From: Rebecca billardiae RCC1528
Taxonomy: Eukaryota > Protista > Haptophyta
Length of the DNA: 64,000 nucleotides
Direction of reading: 5' to 3'
Assembly: GCA_965240325.2 (NCBI GenBank)
Contig: OZ251254.1
Coordinates: forward strand, 620,001 to 684,000
Shown here: in pieces, positions 23,837-33,976 of the stretch
Position numbering within the stretch: position 1 is the stretch's first letter
How the letters are laid out: each line of letters begins with the position of its first letter
Notes under the pieces: generated by a model
Told to the model about the DNA's origin: nothing
Databases searched by the model: none
Seen by the model: only the letters and a program-made list of their open reading frames with translations
Program-made: the position numbers and the translations under genes

Positions 23837-24784
23837 TCCACGACTGATACGTCCGAGGCTGGCGAGTTACTCCGTACTCGGCTGACTGTACCGGAGTCAC
23901 TATGCACGCCTCTCAGTGACTAGTCTCAGCCCGCGCCCGCCGTGAGCCCGCTCGGCCTCCTCACTACTCGGTCACTGCCACATCAGTGGCCACTGGGCCT
24001 CCGTGAGTGTCGGACCGAGACGGACTCCGTGACCGGTCCGACGAGGGCCGAGCGGGAGTCCGAGCCCGCCGGGTCGGCGGTCCTGCATGCGCCGATCGAT
24101 GTGACCGCTCAGCGCTCTGATCATTGATGGCGCACGTATTAGCTGCATATATGAGTACGTACACTACGTACTCATACGACTGTATATGCTGCAGCAGTGT
24201 CCGACCCGGACGATCCGACTCGCCGACGACTATACGACTGTACTGCTTATACCGGTCTAAACAGTCTGCTGTAGTACTTACGTACTATATAAACGGTACT
24301 GAACTGTCCCGCCGACTGCTGTCTGCTATTATTAGTATTACGGTGGCGACTCGCCACTCGGACCGTGATCGGCACGCAGCACGCTCACTGCAGAGTGCAG
24401 CACGGACTCGGAGTCGACGGAGTCCCACTCCCTGAGTCGACTCGCGATCCCAAGTGGCACTCGGCTCGGTCACGCCGTCACACAGCCCGGACCGTCATGA
24501 CTCATCAGCACCAGCTCAGCACAATAATGGTCTGAGACGACGAGCTCTGATCTGGCGGATCAAATTCAATGTCATCACACGGCGTCACGGCCACGGCCCG
24601 GCCGCTGAGTGCGGGCTGACCCCGCCTGACTGCCACGGATTCGCAGGCAATCGCCATCGGTGTTCGCCTTCCTCATCACATCCAATCGCATGCGATGAGC
24701 AGGTAGGCTTGGCACGTCCACGCCCACGGGCACGCTCCAGCCATTCCAAGCGGCTGAGCCTCGTGTCGGGCCTCGGAGGCTGCT

Positions 24785-25201
24785 TCATACTCGGCTGTGC
24801 CGTCTCCTGGGCGCCGCGGTGGCGCCGGCTCCGCGGGGAGCGTGGCCGTACGATTCATCGACGGCGAAGGCGTCGAAGGAGAGGCGGTCGACGACGGCGT
24901 ATGCGCTCACATCAAGCCGCGCGATACGGCTCTTCGGGCTGCCCGTGGTGCTCAGCCATCGTCGCATCTGCTCGACCGCGCTCGCCGCCCCCTCGACAAC
25001 GCCCACGACCGTCCCCTCCGGCGTGTTCCTGCACCAGCCCACGAGGCCGAGCTCGTCGGCGCGGCGCTTCGTGTACGCGCGGAAGAAGACGCGCTGCACG
25101 CGGCCGTGCACGGTGAACTCAAGCCGGACGAGCGCGCCCGCCGCGGCAGGCGCTGGCGCGGCCATGGCGCAGCAGGCCAGCGCCAGCAGCCGCGCAGGCA
25201 T
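24785..25201 (-). CDS. ACYP: Acylphosphatase
   Basis: VHGRVQRVFFRAYT...LGLVGWCRNTPEGTV...GSPKSRI, with a hydrophobic N-terminal extension. Confidence 0.92.
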   Translation of the reverse strand: MPARLLALACCAMAAPAPAAAGALVRLEFTVHGRVQRVFFRAYTKRRADELGLVGWCRNTPEGTVVGVVEGAASAVEQMRRWLSTTGSPKSRIARLDVSAYAVVDRLSFDAFAVDESYGHAPRGAGATAAPRRRHSRV

Positions 25202-25428
25202 GGAGGCGGCCCACGGTGCCCAACCAAAATAATCTTAATCCAATCTGCTGATCTCGTCATCTATCTGGCAGCCGTCCGCCGCTGGACGCTGTCTGAGACG
25301 AGTTCATGAGAGCGGAACGACCCGTCGACCGCCGTTTGGCGGCCGAACGCCGCTTGGACCAACGATCATCACGGAAGATCACGTGGACGGCACGGAATTA
25401 CGAGGGGGGCGGCTTCCGTTCGGGGGGC

Positions 25429-26046
25429 ATGATGATCGTGGCCGTTCACCCCCTGCTCGTGCTCACGGCGCTTGCGCCGGGCGGCTACAGCAGGGTGCAG
25501 CTCAGCCGGCGCAACGCAATGCTCGCCGGGTACGGCTGTGCCTTCGTCCCCTTCGCCGCGCGCTCCGCGCTGGACACCCCCGAGGTCCGCGGCCTGGACA
25601 AGGAGGAGGTGGTGAAGGGATTTCAGACTCTCGAGTCCGGCGTGCGCTACGCCGAGCTCAAGGCGGGGAAGGGGGAGGGCGAGCTCCGCACGGGCTCGAC
25701 GGGGCTCATGCAGTGGGTCCTCCGGCGCAGCGACGGCTACTTCGTCGACTCCTCCTCGCAGCACGCCTTCGAGCCCGTGCGCATCCGCGTCGGCCAGGGC
25801 GAGCTCGGAAAAGCGCTGGACGAAGCGCTGGTGGGGATGCGGCCGGGAGGCGTGCGTCGCGTGCTCGTGCCCGTCAAGCTCGCGGCCGCGCCAAAGCAGC
25901 TGGCCGAGAAGCTGGGCCTCGAGTTCGGGCCCTCGCGCCAACTCGAGCGCCAGCTGCAGCGCGGCGCCGCCGACCCTTACGCGGTCCTCGTCTTTGAGCT
26001 CCAGCTCGACAAGGTCGTCCCGCCATCATCCGACGACGGCAATTGA
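25429..26046 (+). CDS. FKBP-type peptidyl-prolyl isomerase, probably thylakoid-lumenal
   Basis: Signal peptide, twin-Arg SRRNAML, SGVRYAELKAGKG, WVLRRSDGYFVDSS and LDEALVGMRPGGVRRVLVP. Confidence 0.88.
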   Translation: MMIVAVHPLLVLTALAPGGYSRVQLSRRNAMLAGYGCAFVPFAARSALDTPEVRGLDKEEVVKGFQTLESGVRYAELKAGKGEGELRTGSTGLMQWVLRRSDGYFVDSSSQHAFEPVRIRVGQGELGKALDEALVGMRPGGVRRVLVPVKLAAAPKQLAEKLGLEFGPSRQLERQLQRGAADPYAVLVFELQLDKVVPPSSDDGN

Positions 26047-26852
26047 CATACTTCGTCAGTCCCACGAGTCATCATCTTGGACGCTGGTGGGGTGCGCGTC
26101 AGTCAGTAGTAGCAGTAGTCGATTGTATCATTTCATCGTCAGCGCAGCGCGCGCGCATGACTGACCCGTGAGTCGTGACCGCCTGGCGCGCGGATTGACC
26201 GCCGATCAGGCGCTTGCGCCGTCATCGAGTTGACGACGAGTTCGACATCATGAGTGATCACTCATCGTCAGCCGATCAGACTCCGATGAGCAGATTATCT
26301 ATCTGACGGATATTATCAGTCGTCTGTCTATCTGCGCACTCATCACTCAAATAAAACAGCAGTGATGACTGCTCCGCTGTCCGCACCGTATTGGCTCCGC
26401 CACACGGGCCGCCCGTGCGCCCCGTGCCCATGCGGGCCGGCGACACCTGCAGCGCGCAGTTCGCCGCTGTCGTCCGGCGCGCCCGGCCGCCGGGGCTGCG
26501 CGCGCGGGCATGAACCGCAAATCGCATGCGCACGACGTACTCGCCAGCGCTGAGCGACGCGCGACGCCGCCAGCCGTCGAGCAGCGCGCGATGCAGCACG
26601 ATGATCACGGAGAGGAAGTAGCCGACGATTTCTGCGCGAGCGCGCCGGCGCAGCCTCGGGCGCAGCAGCAGCTGCAGCAGCTGCGAGTGATGCCGTGCGA
26701 CACAGCGCTGCAGGGCGAACGCGCCGGGGCGTCGACGCGGTGGCACTGCCGCTGCGCTGACTGCTGCACCGCTGTCGGTGCGCCGAGCTGGGCCCTGGCA
26801 CGCCTGCGGCCTCTGAGGCGGCGCGCACTCGCGCGCACTCTCGCGACGCCGC

Positions 26853-28307
26853 TCATGAGCCGCCGGAGCCCCCGCACACCCCGCACGTGTGTCGGCACGC
26901 GTCGCGCACGCGGTGGCGGCCGCACTGCAGAGCGCGAGGCTCACACCAGTCCTCTCCCTTGGCGTCGCGGCAGGGCGGTGGCGCAGGCGAGGGCGAGGGC
27001 GGCGGCGGCGGTGCGGGCGAGGGCGAGGGCGGCGGCGGCGAGGGCGGCGCGCGTGGCGGCGGCGACGGCGATGGCGGCGACGATGGCGACGGCACGCGCC
27101 GGTTCGAGCGGCGGCGCCGGCCGCCATCGTCGCCGCCCGAGCTGGCGGCGGGACCGGCGGCGCTGCCGCTGCCGCCGCCGTCGGCAGTCGTGCCCAGCGC
27201 GCCGCTGGCGCCCCCCTCCTCCTCGTCGTCCTCCTCCTCCTCGACGTCCGCCGGGAACGTGGGCGTGGGCAGCTTGCACGCCTTCGCCATCGTCAGCATG
27301 GACGACTCGACCACGTGCAGCTGCGCCTTGCGCGCGGCGGCGAGATCGGTCCTGCGCTTGAGCGAGCGTTGCAGGCGGCCGTTCTCGGCCAGTGTCTCAC
27401 GCAGGGCGATGCGCAGCTGGTTCGAGTCGAGCGAGGCGACGGGCTCGCCGAGCCGGCGGTCGGAGGCGGCGGCGGTGAGTTTGTCCATCAGCGCCTTGCG
27501 CTCCGCGTCGGACTGCGGCCCCACGTCGATCACCGCGCCGAGCCCGGAGCGCAGGCAATCTCGGTCGGCGAGATCGCACTCGATGGCAAAGCCCATCGTC
27601 GAGCGGTTGAGGTCGGGCCGGCTGCGGCGGTGGCGCGAGCGGCGGTGGCGCGCGTGGCTCGCGAGGGCGAGCGGAGCGGCGCACGTCCCGTTCGGCCCGA
27701 GCCCGAGCCCGTCCTCCAGGTCCGCCGCCGTCGGCGCGTACTCCGGGTTGGGCTCGCAGTCGTAGATGAAGTATCGGACGCCAAATCGCTTGCCGGCCTC
27801 GCGGAAGCGGCAGTTCTTCATCGAGGCCTGCTCGGTGCACATCCCGCGCGAGGGCCCGCCGTAGCGCACGCCGTGATTCGCCGCGATCTTCACCAGGCCC
27901 TCGTTCATGCACACCTGCGAGCACGTGCACGGCCCCTCCTTGTTGAGGGCGACCGCGTTCCACGCGCGGCCCGCGTCGCACACGCACGGCCCGCCGGTCT
28001 CGGGGTCGACGCAGCCGTCGTAGCCCTTGGCGGGGCAGCCCTGCTGCTTGTCGGTGCACAGCTTGGCCTTGTCCGCCTCGTGCTCCGGGTACGGCTGCCC
28101 CTTCTCCAGCGCGGGCGGCACCTCGTCATACTCCAGCCCAAACACACCCAGCAGCTCATCGACCTCGCGCTCGCTCAGCTCGGCGGGCGGTTGGGCTGCG
28201 GAGGGCGGGAGCGGGAGGAGGGCGTAGATGGCGAGCGAGAGCAGCGCGAGCGCGCTCGATGTGAGCAGCACGAGCGCCACCGCGCGACCTCGCCGAGGCC
28301 CGGCCAT
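26853..28307 (-). CDS. N-terminally anchored Cys-rich extracellular protein with coiled coil, Pro/Ser stalk and C-terminal ShKT domain
   Basis: N-terminal transmembrane segment; CRDAKGEDWC....QC......DACRHTCGVC at the C-terminus. Confidence 0.7.
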   Translation of the reverse strand: MAGPRRGRAVALVLLTSSALALLSLAIYALLPLPPSAAQPPAELSEREVDELLGVFGLEYDEVPPALEKGQPYPEHEADKAKLCTDKQQGCPAKGYDGCVDPETGGPCVCDAGRAWNAVALNKEGPCTCSQVCMNEGLVKIAANHGVRYGGPSRGMCTEQASMKNCRFREAGKRFGVRYFIYDCEPNPEYAPTAADLEDGLGLGPNGTCAAPLALASHARHRRSRHRRSRPDLNRSTMGFAIECDLADRDCLRSGLGAVIDVGPQSDAERKALMDKLTAAASDRRLGEPVASLDSNQLRIALRETLAENGRLQRSLKRRTDLAAARKAQLHVVESSMLTMAKACKLPTPTFPADVEEEEDDEEEGGASGALGTTADGGGSGSAAGPAASSGGDDGGRRRRSNRRVPSPSSPPSPSPPPRAPPSPPPPSPSPAPPPPPSPSPAPPPCRDAKGEDWCEPRALQCGRHRVRDACRHTCGVCGGSGGS

Positions 28308-28561
28308 CACGTCCGCCGCCGATTAGTGGCAGCCTGCCAGCAAGCTGCAGCGGCAGCCCGAGAATCGGATCAGCTTTTGCTGGTTTGCTGTTGCGCCCGG
28401 AGCGCGTTCTGAACGAGCCAGGCGGGAGCATTTGCAGGCGGCGCTGGGGCAGGGTGGGACGTTGTCGTGCTGGAACGCGGCAGGCCGGCAAGCAAAGAAG
28501 CGCGTGCCAGCAGAGTCCGGGCTAAGGATTCCGGGCTCGCCGGAAGCCACGTTGGCGGGCA

Positions 28562-29344
28562 ATGGCGGCCCTGAGCGGGATCGCGGCAGTGATGGCCCTC
28601 GCCAGCCACGGGCTTGTCAGCTGGCCCAACTGGGCGCCAAAGGTGATGGCCCGGCAGGCGGCCGGCGCGACCACCGCCGCGCTCCTGCTCGGCAAGAGCC
28701 GCCTCTCGTACGAGGTGCCGCCGCGCACTGGCCGAGACTCCTACATGCAGTACTACGCCTCGGGCCGCGACGTTGCCGCCGAGCTCTCGCGCACGCCCGC
28801 GCTGAGGCTGCGCGGCTCGTCGCTGTATGCCGTGCTGCCGAATCGAGAGGAGACCGCTCGCGCCGCGAAGCGCTTTGGCTGCTCCGTCGCCGCGCTCCCC
28901 GCCTTCGCCGCCGGCACGCTGCCGGAGCGCGCGCCCAAGCCGGCAGCCACCATCTTCGTCGCGCCCGGCTTCAACACATACGAGTACAACGAGGTGGCGC
29001 AGGGCGCGAAGCGGTGCGGCGGGGGGCCGACACTCGTCGTCAACGGCCAGCTCGAGCGCACCACCTCGGGCTACTACCCGCGCGCCGTCTACTCGAGCGA
29101 GCTCTACGGCCCTGGCGTGCAGGAGTTTTACAAGAGCTTCACGGCCGCCTACATCGTGAAGGCGTACCCGGAAGCGGGCGGCTACCTGCTGCGCGCGTTT
29201 CCCGAGCCATTCCAGCTCTTCCTTGAGACTGGCACCCGGGCGCGCTCCAACCCGGTGCGCGTGGGCACCATGCGCGAGCTGCCGGCGTACGCGGAAGCCA
29301 TCCGTGTCCTGCGCGAGGCGGCTGCCAGCGGCAGGCGGCAATAA
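28562..29344 (+). CDS. DUF1995 (LPA3-like) probable plastid protein
   Basis: Signal-like N-terminus; TLVVNGQLER..GYYP and GYLLRAFPEPFQLF. Confidence 0.72.
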   Translation: MAALSGIAAVMALASHGLVSWPNWAPKVMARQAAGATTAALLLGKSRLSYEVPPRTGRDSYMQYYASGRDVAAELSRTPALRLRGSSLYAVLPNREETARAAKRFGCSVAALPAFAAGTLPERAPKPAATIFVAPGFNTYEYNEVAQGAKRCGGGPTLVVNGQLERTTSGYYPRAVYSSELYGPGVQEFYKSFTAAYIVKAYPEAGGYLLRAFPEPFQLFLETGTRARSNPVRVGTMRELPAYAEAIRVLREAAASGRRQ

Positions 29345-30129
29345 CCGTGTCGGATATCGGATGCGCGCGACCCGGCGCACCTCGTCCGAGCCGACGGTCA
29401 TCATCATCAGTCGGTATATACGACGGGCGCGCGCGGTCATCAATCCATTGCTGATGCATATATCTGCTGATGACATGCAGCGAGCATCACGGCGGATCGC
29501 CGCGCCGCAGCAGCCCTCGGAGTGACGAGTCGGCGGACCGTGACGACTGACGCCCGGACCGTGCGTCCGTGGCCTGTGGCCAGTGCCCAGCGCAGTATAG
29601 GTGCTAAGTCAGGCATTGGCACTGCGCGCTCTCTGGAGAAGTGCTCGCGTACGGTCGACGACATGATAGCAGTCACGCGCCGGCCGCTGACTTCTGCGCG
29701 CCTGGGCGCGAGCGCCCAGGGTGCGCGCGCCGCGCGCGAGGCTGCGGCCGGCGCGGCATGAGGATGAGCCGTTGAGGGCGCGCCGCTTCAACGAGAGCTC
29801 GCAGCAGCTGCAGGCAGGAGCGCAGAGGCGACAGAGTAGAAGGTCGAGGCCGCTCTTGCTGGCGCGCGTGTGCTGACGGCACGCGCGCGGTCGGCCGATC
29901 CGCCCGGCTCGCGAGCCACCACAAACTGCGGCCGCCCGATGCCGTCGAGCACGCTCCACTCCCGCCGCGCATGCGCAATTGCACACGCTGCCAAGCGCCG
30001 TGAAGCTGCGCGGCCACGCGCTCGCGGCGAGTCGTATGATGGGTTCGGCGCGCCCGCGCCCGTCCGTCCATGCGCCTGCTGCCCAGCACGGCGATGCGCG
30101 CCGCTCAACGGCTCGGCCATCAGCGGTCG

Positions 30130-31305
30130 TCAGCGCCGGACGAAGCCGTCCCAGAACGGCCCGCGCAGCGGCTTGTAGTTGTGCGCGCGGCTGTGCACGC
30201 CGCCCGCCCTGCCCACGTCTTCGCACAGCGTGCGGTTGGCAAGGCACCACCCGCGCCTCGCGTCCGGGTGGTGCATCAGGAAGTGGTGCTTGGTCGTCGC
30301 GTCCAGGATGTAGTTGGCGTGGATGAGGATCACGTGGCGGTGCTCCTCCTCGCTCAGCTCGGACTCGGGCTGGAGCACAAAGGGGCCGCCCACCTTCACG
30401 GAGCCGCGCACGCCCACCCGCCCGCCCGCCTTGCGCCGCACGATGGGCGTGGCGAGGCGGAGGCTGAGGGAGTGCCGGCTGCCCGTGCGGTAGCTATGGA
30501 TGGGCATCGACTCCACCGTCACCGCGCCGATCCCGTCGCACGCGCGCACGCGCACGGCGAAGTCCGAGGCGCGCGCCGCGCGCGTCGACAGCGGCCCGCT
30601 CACGTTGGCCGCGCAGCGCTCGCGCGCGAGCGCGTTGAGCGCGGGCTGGTCGAGCAGGGCGTCCCGCGAGCTGCGCAGCGCGTCGAGCCACGCGCACATC
30701 AGCGCGAGCGTGCGCCGGTTCGCGCGCGCGTGGTACAGCCCGGAGTTGAGCATGAGGCTCGGATAGTCGAGCTGGAATTGCATGTCGGCGCCGAGGCGCG
30801 CGGCGCGCGAGACGAGGGGCGGCCGCGGGTCTCTCAGGAGCGTTATGTCGGCGTCGGCGAACAGGATGTCCCGCCCGGTCGCGAGCAGCACAGCGTACGC
30901 CGCCTCCACCTTGGCGTGCACCGCCTGCTCGTACTCGCCCACCTCGTACACGCCGGCCGGCGCCGCGCGCACACCGCGCAGGGCGACGACTGGCTCGGCG
31001 CGCGCGCTCAGCTCGGCGAGCGTGCGGTTGTCCAGCGCGAAGATGACGTACGCCTCGATCCCGAAGCGGCGCAGCTGGCAGAGCAGGTTGTCGCGCAGCC
31101 GCGCGAAGCACTCGCCGCCGTCGGAGACCGTCACCACCACGGGGAAGCCGGGCGGCAGCCGCGCCGCGCGCGGCTCGACGACGCGCCGCACCGCCTCGAG
31201 GGCGCTCGGCGCGTAGGGCGCGGCGGTGGCGCACGGGGCGCACGCGGGGCGCGACGCGAGCGCGAGCACGAGTGCGACGAATCTCGCCGCCGCGCGCCGA
31301 CTCAT
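30130..31305 (-). CDS. Nucleotide-diphospho-sugar transferase (GT77-like)
   Basis: N-terminal anchor, FALD, ILFADADITLLRDP (DxD), LNSGLYHARAN, DQPALN, IHANY and K. Confidence 0.85.
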   Translation of the reverse strand: MSRRAAARFVALVLALASRPACAPCATAAPYAPSALEAVRRVVEPRAARLPPGFPVVVTVSDGGECFARLRDNLLCQLRRFGIEAYVIFALDNRTLAELSARAEPVVALRGVRAAPAGVYEVGEYEQAVHAKVEAAYAVLLATGRDILFADADITLLRDPRPPLVSRAARLGADMQFQLDYPSLMLNSGLYHARANRRTLALMCAWLDALRSSRDALLDQPALNALARERCAANVSGPLSTRAARASDFAVRVRACDGIGAVTVESMPIHSYRTGSRHSLSLRLATPIVRRKAGGRVGVRGSVKVGGPFVLQPESELSEEEHRHVILIHANYILDATTKHHFLMHHPDARRGWCLANRTLCEDVGRAGGVHSRAHNYKPLRGPFWDGFVRR

Positions 31306-31462
31306 GATGCATCAACGGCCGGCCGCGCCGACCCCGCCGCCGCCATCGTGATGGCCATTAATATGACCCTGTGCGTGAACGCTTCCGGACAGAAATTGTA
31401 GTATCGTGTCGACGATCGGGCACTGCCGACGACGAATAATCAGGAGACCTGCGCCGTCCTAC

Positions 31463-32055
31463 CAGGTGGATACGGGTCAACTGGACACCGGGGCTAACTG
31501 GACACTCAGCGGGCGGCGGCCTCGTGGCGAGGGCTCGTGGGCGAACGAGCACGAGCGCCCACTGGCGGGTCGCCACGACGGCGCACGATGTTTGCTGAAC
31601 TCACCTGGTCGTGGAACGTCGTCTGCGCACGCGCCAGGTCGCGCTTCTCGCCGCCTTCGCCTTGTTTCATGAGTCCCGCGCACAAGGCCGAACGCCAGCG
31701 TTTCAAGCCGCAAGACGCGTGCGCGGACTCAGGAAGGGCGGACTCCGAGGCAAGGCGCGGTTGCGCTGGCGTGGGTAGGTCCCAGAGCAACCGCCCGAGC
31801 AGCTGCACACGCTTTTCCTCCGCGCGCGCGTCTCTGAGCTCGATTCCCATGCCTCAGCCAGTGCCAGGGGCTAATTGGACAGTGCCATTGCGGCCGCCAC
31901 GCGCGGAGACGGGCCCGCAGCGCAGAAAGCGCGCTGCGGCGGAACTCCAGGGACCCCCTGAAGTCCGTCCCTGGCGCCCCTTCGACCCCAATGCTCCGAG
32001 AGAGGCCTCCGCGTGAGTTGGGTCGGCCACTGTCCAGTTGACCCGTATCCACCTG
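31463..32055. mobile_element. 593-bp MITE with 25-bp perfect TIRs
   Basis: CAGGTGGATACGGGTCAACTGGACA at 31463-31487 and its reverse complement at 32031-32055. Flanked by TAC on both sides (TA or TAC target-site duplication). Confidence 0.88.
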
Positions 32056-32660
32056 TACCTGTGTCGTTAAATCATAGAATGAGTACCCCCATATGGCCCT
32101 TGTAGCGGCATTGTACTGCCCCCGACGTCGGCCGCACGTGCGTGCCCCGCATGCCTCGAGCGTGTACATGCACGCGACGGGTGTCCTGGCAGCGAGGGCG
32201 GGGTGGCGTAGATGGTCTCGTGGGAGGTGTGTTAGTGTGCCGAAGACGTCTCGACACCTTGGTGGCATGCCCCCACCTCTCCTTGTCGCCGCTTGCGCGC
32301 TGTGTGCTCGGCCAGCCGTTCTGAGTGCACGCCTGCACGTGCACGGCCAGTGTCGGGCGGATCGAGCCGCAGTGAGTGGTCGTGCGGGTACTCCCACTCG
32401 GTGCGCCTCTCTACCACTGTTGCAAGCCCTTGTGCGTCAACCCCAAGCCGTGCACTCGAACCCACGACGTTTTCAACGTCATCATGGTCCGAGCGCGAGC
32501 GTGTCACCACGCGCAGAGCGAGCCGGGTGTGTACTGTACTGTATCGGCCAGGGTGCTCACCGAACTACCGAAGATTGAAGATTCTTGGAATCTTTTATAA
32601 TCATCAAACTGAGCCCTGGCGGGCGGGGGGGTCGGCGGGCCGTGCCAGTGCTGTCGCAAT

Positions 32661-33916
32661 AAACAGCGGGGGCCTTGCGGCCTTGTCCCGGTGGGGCTGG
32701 TCGAACACAGCGCGTGTAGGACGCGACGGAGAAGCTTCACAGGGCCAGCAGACCCGACGACGATGGGACGAGTTGGCCGTTCAGCGCTCGCGCTGACTGA
32801 CGGCAGCTATCATCCGGTGGCGCGCCGCATAACGCATTGTCGCGCGTGCGATTAAGCCAGGCGCAGCAGCACGGCACTGCTGCAAGGCCCACCGAGGCGC
32901 ACGGCGAAGCGCGCGTCGATGCGGTCGTCGCTGCGCACGGCCGCTCGGGCACGACGGCACGGCAACGGCACGCACCGCGGATGGCCCACTGGCTGTAGGC
33001 GCGGGGCGAGCTGCGCAGGCCGGCAGGGCACAACCGGCGCGACTGCACGGCGTAGACTCCTGCTAAGCCGTCGCTGAGCACGGCCCGTCGGGCACGACGT
33101 GGTACGACCGGCTCGCGTCAGTGTGCATGTTGTGTTGTGCAGCTCGCGCCGGCGGGCACGCCGGTCCGCGATGGCGCCGCGAGCCGCGGGCGGCGTGGGT
33201 GACGGCTCGAAGGCCGCGCCTGTTGATGACGAGCCAGCGGGGCGAGTAGTAGTAGTCGGGCAAGTCGGCGAGCGGGTGGCTTATGGTAGGCTTGTGGTAC
33301 GAGCTTCTCCATGAGGCCGTTCGTGCACGTCATCTGATGCGGTCGCGGCTGCTTGATCGCCGCCACGTGCCGCTGGATATCCGCCAGATCGGCGCAGTTC
33401 CTCGCGACGCCGACGATGGCATCCGGCGCTGGGTTGGCGGCGGTCGCGGCGCGGAGGCCCGCGGAGCTGTTCCTCGGTCGCGCACGTGTGTGCGAGTCGA
33501 GCCACGCCGGCTGAGCGCCATTCTGCGTGTCGCGCGCGGCCTTCGCCTCCTGCAGCAGCGCGCTCGTTCGTCATACTCAATCGTGTGTGCCGAGCGCACG
33601 CGGCGCGGCGGCGAAAGCACCGGGTGCGTCGCGGTTCTGCTCGACTGGGGAGCGGATGGTCGAGAAAAGCGTCAACAAATAGGTGGGAATCGCAACGACA
33701 TCCCTATGACGCGCGCTCAAAAAGGTAACGACATGCGTTCTCGATTCCCGAGGCGTGCCTAATCAAAAAACGTTTGAGGCCCCATTCTTCGTATTCCTAC
33801 TCCGGTATTACTTGGGACAGCAGTAGGTGACACACAATTAAAGGGGGTCGGAGCTGGGTCTCCCAGGGCTTTGTCACGAATTAAAATTGTTTAAAGCTGT
33901 GTTCACCAGAATATTA
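32661..33916 (-). mobile_element. Non-autonomous Helentron/Helitron2-like insertion
   Basis: Absent from family-A copies 2 and 3. Asymmetric subterminal IR CTGGT(C)GAACACAGC 32697-32711 / GCTGTGTTCACCAG 33896-33909. Hairpin GGCC-TTGC-GGCC at 32671-32682. Minus-strand end ...GCTGTTT. Confidence 0.65.
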
Positions 33917-33976
33917 ATGTTATTTCCTCTGCGGGTTCGACGCGTCTTTCTCACTCTTTCTCGATCTTTCCACAGC

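Noticed and set aside
26510-26850. Small plus-strand gene upstream of the ShKT gene end
   Set aside because: No recognisable domain, and the ORF runs antisense into the ShKT gene.
19412-31305. Biosynthetic gene cluster (transporter, oxygenase, glycosyltransferase)
   Set aside because: No scaffold synthase, and the genes are interspersed with unrelated housekeeping and plastid genes.
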